Below, piece after piece: positions 57,218 to 64,000 of a stretch of DNA of 64,000 bases. Every line of letters starts with the position of its first letter. The stretch's first letter is position 1. Source of the DNA: Candidatus Shapirobacteria bacterium GW2011_GWF2_37_20 (GTDB lineage Bacteria > Patescibacteriota > Microgenomatia > UBA12405); assembly GCA_000989305.1 (NCBI GenBank), contig LBTB01000001.1, forward strand, positions 2,104 to 66,103, written 5' to 3'. Under the pieces are notes generated by a model, which saw nothing but the letters and a program-made list of their open reading frames with translations, made no database searches and was not told the origin of the DNA. The translations under genes were made by a program, and so were the position numbers.

Positions 57218-57901
57218 TTATACAATAATATTGGCAGCTTTGGTAGCGGCATCTTCCTCAGCTCTTTGTTTAGAATTACCCGAACCTTTAGCAATAAGTT
57301 CGTCATTAATATAAAGGCCGACTTCAAAGATTTTTTGGTGATCTGGGCCAAGCTCGGAAATGGTTGAGTATCGGGGGGTGACTCCCCTCTTTGACTGGGC
57401 GATTTCCTGAAAGATACTTTTAGCGTCTTTATAAATGTCTTTTTTAGAAATGGTGTCGATATTTTTCCCCATAAATTTGGTTAAAAACTTGTCGACAGTC
57501 TGGTAGTCCTGATCAAGGTGAATAGCTCCGATAATACTTTCAAAAGTATCAGCTAAAAGTGAGATGTTCTCGCGGCCACCGTGAGTTTCCTCGCCCCGAC
57601 TGAGGAGAATAAAGGAACCAAGATTGAGACTGTTTCCAATTTCAGCTAAATTTTGAGTACAAACTACCAGACTACGAAGATTGGTTAGCTGGCCTTCGTC
57701 AAAGTCGGGAAATTTGGTAAAGAGTTTTTGAGAAGACCAATATTCTAAAATAGCATCGCCTAAAAACTCCAAGCGTTCATTGCTGTGTTTTAATTGGCGA
57801 TTTTCATTGAGATAAGAACGGTGAGTTAAGGCTAAAACTAATTTTTGGGGATCTTTAAATTTAATTCCAATTTTTTTTTGAAGTTCGTCAATTTTATCCA
57901 T
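57218..57901 (-). CDS. rnc: Ribonuclease III
   Basis: Signature 'ERLEFLGDAILE'. C-terminal dsRBD. Start taken at the internal Met 'MDKIDELQ' to avoid a 100-nt overlap with nusB. Confidence 0.9.
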   Translation of the reverse strand: MDKIDELQKKIGIKFKDPQKLVLALTHRSYLNENRQLKHSNERLEFLGDAILEYWSSQKLFTKFPDFDEGQLTNLRSLVVCTQNLAEIGNSLNLGSFILLSRGEETHGGRENISLLADTFESIIGAIHLDQDYQTVDKFLTKFMGKNIDTISKKDIYKDAKSIFQEIAQSKRGVTPRYSTISELGPDHQKIFEVGLYINDELIAKGSGNSKQRAEEDAATKAANIIV

Positions 57902-58250
57902 TTTGTTTTTTGTAAATATTTCCCAAGACAGCATTAACAAAAGCGCTGGAATTAGTATCGCAGAATTCTTTACTGATTTCGATAGCTTCGTCAATAATGA
58001 CTTTGGGTGGAGTTTGGGGTTGATTTTTTAACTCCCAAATTGCATAACGGAGAATAGCCAGTTCAACTTTGTTAATTTGTTCGATGGGCCATTTTGGAGC
58101 GGCTGTTTTGATTAAGTCATCGATTTTGCTAATTTCTCCGATGACAGGGCTGATAGTGTCGTCGTCTAAATTACCGGTAATTCCCCAAGCAAAAAGGGCT
58201 TGGATGGATTTGATTCTTTGTTGATGTCGGGGGTCGTTTTTGCTTTTCAC
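57894..58250 (-). CDS. nusB: Transcription antitermination factor NusB
   Basis: 'QRIKSIQALFAWGITG' NusB fold signature. GTG start overlaps the rpmF stop (GTGA). Confidence 0.8.
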   Translation of the reverse strand: MKSKNDPRHQQRIKSIQALFAWGITGNLDDDTISPVIGEISKIDDLIKTAAPKWPIEQINKVELAILRYAIWELKNQPQTPPKVIIDEAIEISKEFCDTNSSAFVNAVLGNIYKKQNG

Positions 58251-58399
58251 TTATTACAATTTTTGCAGGTAAAACCGGGAACTTTAGGTTGGCCACAGTT
58301 TTTACAGGCAGTGACTTGAGCGAGTAAGGGAGCTTTAATAGAGGCGCGGCGGCGGCCTTGGCGGCGGCTTGAGGGCCAATGTTTAGGTAGTGCAGTCAT
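58247..58399 (-). CDS. rpmF: 50S ribosomal protein L32
   Basis: Not in the ORF track (50 aa). 'MTALPKHWPSSRRQGRRRASIKAP...CKNCGQPKVPGFTCKNC'. Ends in TGA. Confidence 0.8.
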   Translation of the reverse strand: MTALPKHWPSSRRQGRRRASIKAPLLAQVTACKNCGQPKVPGFTCKNCNK

Positions 58400-58433
58400 G
58401 GGGGTATTATAGCAAAGAAAAATGAGATTTGAT

Positions 58434-60428
58434 TTAATTCAAATGATTTCCGACCATTGAGAGTGATTTTTGGTTTTTGACAAGTTTTTCTAAATCAAAG
58501 TTGGGATAATTTTGTTCCAGATCAGTAAGGATTTTTTGAGAGAGTTCAATTAACTTGATATCGGAGAGATTGGCTATTTTTAAAGAGGGGAAACCGTGTT
58601 GCAGAGTGGAAAAGACTTCTCCTGGACCTCGGGTTTTAAGGTCGTATTCGGCAATTTTAAATCCATCACTATTTTTTGAAAGAAATTCTAGACGTTTAAG
58701 TGAAGAGTCATTAATAGATTCAGTGAAGAGATAACAATAACTTTGTAAGGCTCCCCTACCCACCCGGCCCCGGAGCTGGTGGAGCTGTGAGAGGCCAAAA
58801 TGGTCGGCTGATTGAATGATAATAGTAGTGGCATTGGGAAAATCAATACCTACTTCAATAATGGGGGTGGTGACTAAAACATTGATTTTATTTTTTTGAA
58901 AATTCTCCAGAATTTTGTTTCTGGTTTCTATATCGGTTTTGCCATGAATTAAGGCTAATTTTAATTTCGGAAAAATGTTTTTTAAAATTTCAAATTCTTT
59001 TTTGGCAGATTTGATGGTGACCGCACTTTCTGACTCCTCAATGAAGGGACAGACGATAAAGGCTTGGGAATGGCGTTTTAAAATATCTTTTTGGAGCCAC
59101 TGATAACAGGCGGGAATTTTGTTTTGAGGGACGAGAAAGGTTTTGATTCGAAGACGGTTTTGGGGAGGATTTTTCAAAGTCGAGAGATCGAGATTGCCAA
59201 AAAATGTCAAACTGATAGAACGAGGAATGGGGGTGGCGGTCATAGTAAGGGTGTGAGGTGGTGAATTTTGGCTTAAAAAGGAACGTTGTTTGACGCCAAA
59301 TTTGTGTTGCTCGTCGACAACCAAAAGAGCGGTGTTTTTGATGAATTTGTCTTTTTGAAAGATAGCGGCGTGAGTGGCGATAATAATGGAGTTACGAGGA
59401 ATTTTGGCGGGGAGTGATTGATGGGCACTGAGGAAATAAACTGGGGTGGAGGGTAAATATTTTTGGAAAGTTTTTAGGTGTTGCTTACCTAATATTTCGG
59501 TCGGGGCTAAGACTAAACTTTGACGATTATTAAGGGAAGTTAAATAGGTGGAAAGTAGGGCTATAATTGTTTTTCCAGAACCGACATCACCGCAAAGAAG
59601 TCGGTTGCTAACCTTGTTTTTGGAAGTGAGTTCCGGCTTTATTTCTGACCAGGCTTGGACTTGAGATTCGGTGAGAGAAAAAGGGAGGCTAGAAATTAGA
59701 GTTTTGATTTTAGAGTCGATAGTTTTATTTGATTTTAGAATAAATTTAGGTTTATTTAGGGCCCAGGATTTTTTTTGAAGACGGGAAAGAGTGAGGAGGG
59801 AAAGAATTTCATCAAGGCCGAGGCGATACCGGCTTTGAGCTAATAATTTTTGGTTTTGGGGTTGATGAATTTCTTGGAGAGCCTGTTTGAGGGGGAGTAA
59901 GTTATAAGAATTAATCAATGTCTGTGGCAGAAGATCGACAAGGTTTTTTTGAAGGGTATCAAAATGGAGACCAATGATTTTCCGAAACCAACGGCTAGTC
60001 AGACCTTTTGTTTCAGGATAGATGGGAATTATTTTACCGGTGTTATATTGGCCGTATTCTGGGGAAAAAATAGTTGTTTTGCCACGATAAAGTGTAGGGG
60101 TGCCGGCAAAAGCCCAGCTGTCTCCAATTTTAAAATTTTTAATTAAAAAAGGTTGATTAAACCAAACTAATTCAACTTGACCACTCCTGTCTTTCAGGAT
60201 AATTTTTTGAAGACTTTTGAGAGATCGGGTGTAAATATTTTCGAGGTGGACAATCTGACCCGAAAGGGTGCAATTTTCATTGAGATTAATTTTTGAGATG
60301 GGAATGACCCTGGAAAAGTCGATATATCGATGAGGAAAGTGATAGAGAAGTTGCCAATCAGAGAAAATATTTAACTGTTGTAGCTTGCTTTCTGTTTTGG
60401 GACCGATTCCGGGAATCTGGAAGCTCAT
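58434..60428 (-). CDS. recG: ATP-dependent DNA helicase RecG
   Basis: Wedge/OB N-terminal region. Helicase motifs 'CGDVGSGKTIIAL', 'DEQHKFG', 'QLRGRVGRG'. Confidence 0.9.
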   Translation of the reverse strand: MSFQIPGIGPKTESKLQQLNIFSDWQLLYHFPHRYIDFSRVIPISKINLNENCTLSGQIVHLENIYTRSLKSLQKIILKDRSGQVELVWFNQPFLIKNFKIGDSWAFAGTPTLYRGKTTIFSPEYGQYNTGKIIPIYPETKGLTSRWFRKIIGLHFDTLQKNLVDLLPQTLINSYNLLPLKQALQEIHQPQNQKLLAQSRYRLGLDEILSLLTLSRLQKKSWALNKPKFILKSNKTIDSKIKTLISSLPFSLTESQVQAWSEIKPELTSKNKVSNRLLCGDVGSGKTIIALLSTYLTSLNNRQSLVLAPTEILGKQHLKTFQKYLPSTPVYFLSAHQSLPAKIPRNSIIIATHAAIFQKDKFIKNTALLVVDEQHKFGVKQRSFLSQNSPPHTLTMTATPIPRSISLTFFGNLDLSTLKNPPQNRLRIKTFLVPQNKIPACYQWLQKDILKRHSQAFIVCPFIEESESAVTIKSAKKEFEILKNIFPKLKLALIHGKTDIETRNKILENFQKNKINVLVTTPIIEVGIDFPNATTIIIQSADHFGLSQLHQLRGRVGRGALQSYCYLFTESINDSSLKRLEFLSKNSDGFKIAEYDLKTRGPGEVFSTLQHGFPSLKIANLSDIKLIELSQKILTDLEQNYPNFDLEKLVKNQKSLSMVGNHLN

Positions 60429-60566
60429 GGCTTTATGTTATCATTAATTTATGAGGATTTTGGGTAAAAAAATCAAGAAAAAACAACTGAGAACCTTTAT
60501 TTTAGTGTTAGCAACTGTGGCCTTATTATTGTCAAGCATTCTCCCTTTCTTATCGGTTTTGATTAA

Positions 60567-63239
60567 ATGAAAAAATTTTTTTGCAAAATAAAAAATTTGT
60601 TTAGTTTTAGGGGCGACTTTGGGGCTCCAAACATGTCTTTTAAGGAAATGATTAGAAGTAAAAGATTTTGGTACCAGTTCTTTAGGCTTTTCTTAATAGT
60701 ATTTGGAGTTGGACTGGTGTTGATGATTATTCTTTTTGCCTGGTATTCAAAAGATTTACCCAGTCCAACCAAGGTGGTTAGGCGTGAAGGTTTTGCCAGC
60801 AGAATTTATGACCGCAACGGAGAACTGCTTTACGATTTATATCATGATCAAAAAAGACAGCCGGTGACCGACGACTTGATTCCGGATTATTTAAAAAAAG
60901 CTACGGTGGCAGTTGAAGATAAGGATTTTTATAACCATTCCGGCTTTGATCCGATGGCACCATTTAGGATTATAAAAAACCTTTTTTATTTTAAGAAATT
61001 GACCGGTGGTTCAACTTTAACTCAACAACTGGTAAAAAATGTTTTACTGACTTCAGAGGTTAGTGTAACCCGAAAGATAAAGGAATTTATTTTGGCAGTA
61101 CAAATTGAGTCAAAGTATAAGAAGAATGATATTTTGTTGATGTATTTAAATGAGGCTCCTTATGGGGGTACGGCTTGGGGAGTGGGAACGGCGGCAGAAC
61201 AATATTTTGGAAAAGCAGTTAAAGATTTAGGTCTGGCTGAATCGGCAATTTTGGCGGGATTACCCCAGAGACCAAATGTTTACTCCCCTTTTTCCAGTAA
61301 TCCGACGGCTTATGTGGCCAGAACCGAGCATGTACTGAACCGGATGGTGGAAGACGGGTACATTGACGCTGAAACCAAAAATATGACGATGGAAGAAGTA
61401 AAGAACTATAAATTTTATGAGAATACGTCAAAACTATCAGCCCCACATTTTGTTTTTTGGATAAAAGAGTTATTGTCAGAGCGGTATGGAGAAGATGTGG
61501 CTGAAGGGGGTGGTTTGAAAGTGAGTACGACCTTGGATATAAAGTTGCAAAATCAAGTCCAGCAAATTGTCAGTGATCAGATTGATAAATCGGAAAAATT
61601 GTTAATCAGTAACGGAGCGGCGCTAGTGATGGACCCCCGGGACGGTCAGGTGTTGGCCATGGTGGGGTCAAGAGGTTATAACAGTGATAAAACTTCGGGA
61701 CAGTTTAATGTGGTTACTCAAGGCTTAAGACAGCCGGGTTCGGCAATCAAACCGATTACATATTTGATGGCCTTGAGAAAGGGTTACACTGCCGCCAGCA
61801 TGATTATGGATACGCCAGTATCTTTTCCGGTGGCGGGACAAAGAGATTACAGTCCGCAAAATTATACAGGTAAATTTTTGGGGCCAATGAGTTTAAGAGA
61901 AGCTCTGGGAAATTCAATCAATACCATTGCGGTAAAGATGTTGGCTAGGGTTGGAGTCGATAATATGTTGCAACAAGCCTATGATATGGGAGTTTCTACC
62001 TTGGAACCAACTGCAGAAAATATGAAGAAGTTTGGTTTTGCAGTAACTCTTGGAGGAGCAGATGTAAAAATGATTGATTTGGCTTCAGCCTATAGTGCCT
62101 TTGCCAATGGCGGATATAAAATTGAGCCGGTGGGAATACTTAAGGTTGAGGATAAGGATGGTCGGGTGTTGGAAGAATTTCATCCCTCAAACGGGAAAAA
62201 GGTAATGAGTCCCCAAGAGGCATTTATTATTTCTAATATATTGTCGGACAATAATGCCCGAAGTCTGACTTTTGGAGCAGTGAATAGTTTGGCTATTTCT
62301 AATTATCAAGTGGCGGTTAAAACAGGAACAACTAATGAAAAGAAGGACAACTGGACAATTGGCTGGACGCCAAATTTATTGGCTAGTGTTTGGGTGGGAA
62401 ATAATGACAGTACTCCGATGGGAAAAGTTGCTTCCGGAGTATCCGGAGCAGCGCCGATCTGGCGACAGATTATGCTTTACGCTTTACCTAAACGGGAAAA
62501 ACAGGATTTTCCAATTCCCGACAAGATTGTTAACATTTCAGTGGATAAACTTTCGGGTTATGGAGTTCATGACGGTTTTGAAAGTAAGACAGAATATTTC
62601 ATTGACGGGACTCAGACTAATATTTCTGATCCGATTCATTTGAAACTTAAAATATGTAGAGATAAAACCGGTTTAGCGACACCGGAAGATGTGGCTAACG
62701 GTAATTTTGACGAGAAAGAATATTTTAATTTTAAAGAAGAAGATCCGGTAAGCGTTGACGGCCGGAATCGTTGGCAGGAGGGAATCGATGGTTGGATTAA
62801 TTCACAGGAAAATAAGGATATGTACGCACCTCCATTTAGTTATTGTCGAGACGATGGGGCGGTAGGGGTGAGTTTTGATCAACCCGGCGATCATTCAACT
62901 CAGGGTAATGAGGTGTCTGTAAAAATAAGCACTTCATCTTTGAAAAAAATAACGGAAGTAAAGCTCTGGGTGGACGGGAGTGAGGTAAAGACTTGGAATG
63001 AAAGACCATTTGAGGGAAATTTCAACATGAGTACTGGTCCTCACACCCTGAAAGTTAGGGCGGTAGATAAGGATGGTGCCAGTAATGAAAGAGAAATTCG
63101 GATTGGAGTAAACGTTGCCTGGGATTGGTCCCCCAGCCCGACTCCGACGATAACGCCAATTCCTAGTCCAGTTTTGATTCCGACACTATTTCTCAGCCCG
63201 ACTCCGATAATAAGTCCGACAGTTACTGTCAGTCCTTGA
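60567..63239 (+). CDS. Class A penicillin-binding protein (glycosyltransferase GT51 + transpeptidase) with long C-terminal extension
   Basis: GT51 'EDKDFYNHSGFD'. Transpeptidase 'SAIKP' and 'KTGTT'. About 250 extra C-terminal aa ending in a Pro/Thr/Ser-rich tail. Confidence 0.92.
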   Translation: MKKFFCKIKNLFSFRGDFGAPNMSFKEMIRSKRFWYQFFRLFLIVFGVGLVLMIILFAWYSKDLPSPTKVVRREGFASRIYDRNGELLYDLYHDQKRQPVTDDLIPDYLKKATVAVEDKDFYNHSGFDPMAPFRIIKNLFYFKKLTGGSTLTQQLVKNVLLTSEVSVTRKIKEFILAVQIESKYKKNDILLMYLNEAPYGGTAWGVGTAAEQYFGKAVKDLGLAESAILAGLPQRPNVYSPFSSNPTAYVARTEHVLNRMVEDGYIDAETKNMTMEEVKNYKFYENTSKLSAPHFVFWIKELLSERYGEDVAEGGGLKVSTTLDIKLQNQVQQIVSDQIDKSEKLLISNGAALVMDPRDGQVLAMVGSRGYNSDKTSGQFNVVTQGLRQPGSAIKPITYLMALRKGYTAASMIMDTPVSFPVAGQRDYSPQNYTGKFLGPMSLREALGNSINTIAVKMLARVGVDNMLQQAYDMGVSTLEPTAENMKKFGFAVTLGGADVKMIDLASAYSAFANGGYKIEPVGILKVEDKDGRVLEEFHPSNGKKVMSPQEAFIISNILSDNNARSLTFGAVNSLAISNYQVAVKTGTTNEKKDNWTIGWTPNLLASVWVGNNDSTPMGKVASGVSGAAPIWRQIMLYALPKREKQDFPIPDKIVNISVDKLSGYGVHDGFESKTEYFIDGTQTNISDPIHLKLKICRDKTGLATPEDVANGNFDEKEYFNFKEEDPVSVDGRNRWQEGIDGWINSQENKDMYAPPFSYCRDDGAVGVSFDQPGDHSTQGNEVSVKISTSSLKKITEVKLWVDGSEVKTWNERPFEGNFNMSTGPHTLKVRAVDKDGASNEREIRIGVNVAWDWSPSPTPTITPIPSPVLIPTLFLSPTPIISPTVTVSP

Positions 63240-63320
63240 TGTAGATTGATGTATATAAATAGTCTATGATACTGAATAATTTAATTTGATGTAGTTATTA
63301 GCAGTCGACAGTGAAGACTG

Positions 63321-64000
63321 CTAACAGGAAAGGATTTTATCCAGATTGAAGGCGGTGAGATGAATTTTTTTGGCGATTTTATCGTTGCAGTTATAATATG
63401 AAACCCGGAAGGTATAGCGGTATTTATTCAATTTAGTGTCATGGTAGATATCAGTGATCTGAATGGACCAAAGAATTTTAGGGTCAATTAGATGGCTATA
63501 TTTTTCGATGAGTTTTGAGGATTCAATCTTTTCTTCTAAAGTTAAATTGGCGTCGAGGGTAATTATTTGTGAAGTTAGCTCAATGGCCTTGGAGGACAAG
63601 GGAACGGGGATGTATAATTCTGGTTTTGGTAAATCATCCAAAATAATTTCAGTAAAATTACTTTCGATGATATCTGCTTTTAAATTTAGTTTTTCTAAAT
63701 CGGAAGTCAATTGTGAAGAGTCGTGGTTATAAATTCCCAGTGAGTTTTTTTCGATATATTGACCATTTTGTTGAGAGAAAATTTTGCCGATTTCAAAGAA
63801 TTGAGCTTGGGGTAATTTAAAACGCCGATATTGATCCAGTTGTTGTTTTAAAGACTGAACTAAAGACTGACGAAGATAAATACACTCAGAGTTGATACTA
63901 TTTTGAGTGGTAATAATAGTCTTTGGATTAAGGGCCTGGTTAACCAGGGGCCAGGTTAATACTTCGTCGTAACCGAGGGCGACTAATTTGTCTTTTAATT
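63321..64000 (-). CDS. pheT: Phenylalanyl-tRNA synthetase beta subunit, C-terminal part (runs off window)
   Basis: Frame open from the window edge. C-terminal FDX-ACB-like domain 'IQITDIYHDTKLNKYRYTFRVSYYN'. Identification is tentative. Confidence 0.55.
   Translation of the reverse strand, partial: LKDKLVALGYDEVLTWPLVNQALNPKTIITTQNSINSECIYLRQSLVQSLKQQLDQYRRFKLPQAQFFEIGKIFSQQNGQYIEKNSLGIYNHDSSQLTSDLEKLNLKADIIESNFTEIILDDLPKPELYIPVPLSSKAIELTSQIITLDANLTLEEKIESSKLIEKYSHLIDPKILWSIQITDIYHDTKLNKYRYTFRVSYYNCNDKIAKKIHLTAFNLDKILSC

Noticed and set aside
1-64000. Possibility of a recoded genetic code (UGA = Gly/Trp, as in some CPR lineages)
   Set aside because: Housekeeping genes are full-length under the standard code. 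Genes terminate in TAA/TAG and also TGA (rpmF, and the Fic-side genes). No sign of in-frame TGA readthrough is needed.
1-64000. CRISPR array or cas genes
   Set aside because: No regularly spaced direct repeats with unique spacers were seen. The only tandem repeats are inside coding sequences (rpsP tail, pilin Cys module).

Overview
This 64 kb window reads as one contiguous chromosomal stretch of a low-GC, small-gene bacterium. The gene content is typical of Candidate Phyla Radiation (Patescibacteria): ribosomal proteins with lineage-style extensions, short versions of housekeeping proteins, and no CRISPR array. UGA is not recoded (rpmF ends in TGA and all long genes are intact under the standard code).

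First 24 kb, core housekeeping:
- recR (5' partial), cysS, the rpsF-ssb-rpsR operon, an S41 C-terminal protease and an HtrA protease.
- A short GGQ release factor, rpmE, hisS next to tRNA-His, dnaB, tRNA-Leu, a DksA/TraR zinc-finger protein, a short LspA, an RluA-family pseudouridine synthase and a YebC regulator.
- A Xer-family tyrosine recombinase flanked by repeated 'tgtcctata' motifs and about 650 bp of non-coding DNA.
- gyrB-gyrA.

Middle section:
- A SpoU methyltransferase.
- A ferredoxin, Cys-rich secreted protein, HEPN-like protein and membrane protein cluster.
- A MacAB/HlyD-type ABC efflux module, a Na+/Ca2+ exchanger, tRNA-Ala overlapping pth, ligA, a Fic-domain protein and a short holB-like gene.

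Type IV pilus island, about 20 kb (36.3-56.5 kb), the most striking feature:
- pilB-pilT-pilC.
- A presumptive major pilin with a strong terminator, then pilD.
- Nine further tandem prepilin-like genes, most with Ala rather than Gly at the -1 cleavage position, and several with Cys-rich C-termini.
- A lipoprotein and an 860-aa extraordinarily cysteine-rich secreted protein that may be a tip adhesin.
- A PilX-like protein.
- An AT-rich two-gene insertion containing an HExxH protein, preceded by a 600-bp GC-elevated non-coding segment that may be a structured RNA.
- pilM-pilN-pilO.

Final 7.5 kb: a KH-domain protein, rpsP (with a tandem-repeat acidic tail), rnc, nusB, rpmF, recG, a class A PBP with a long C-terminal extension, and the 3' end of pheT running off the window.
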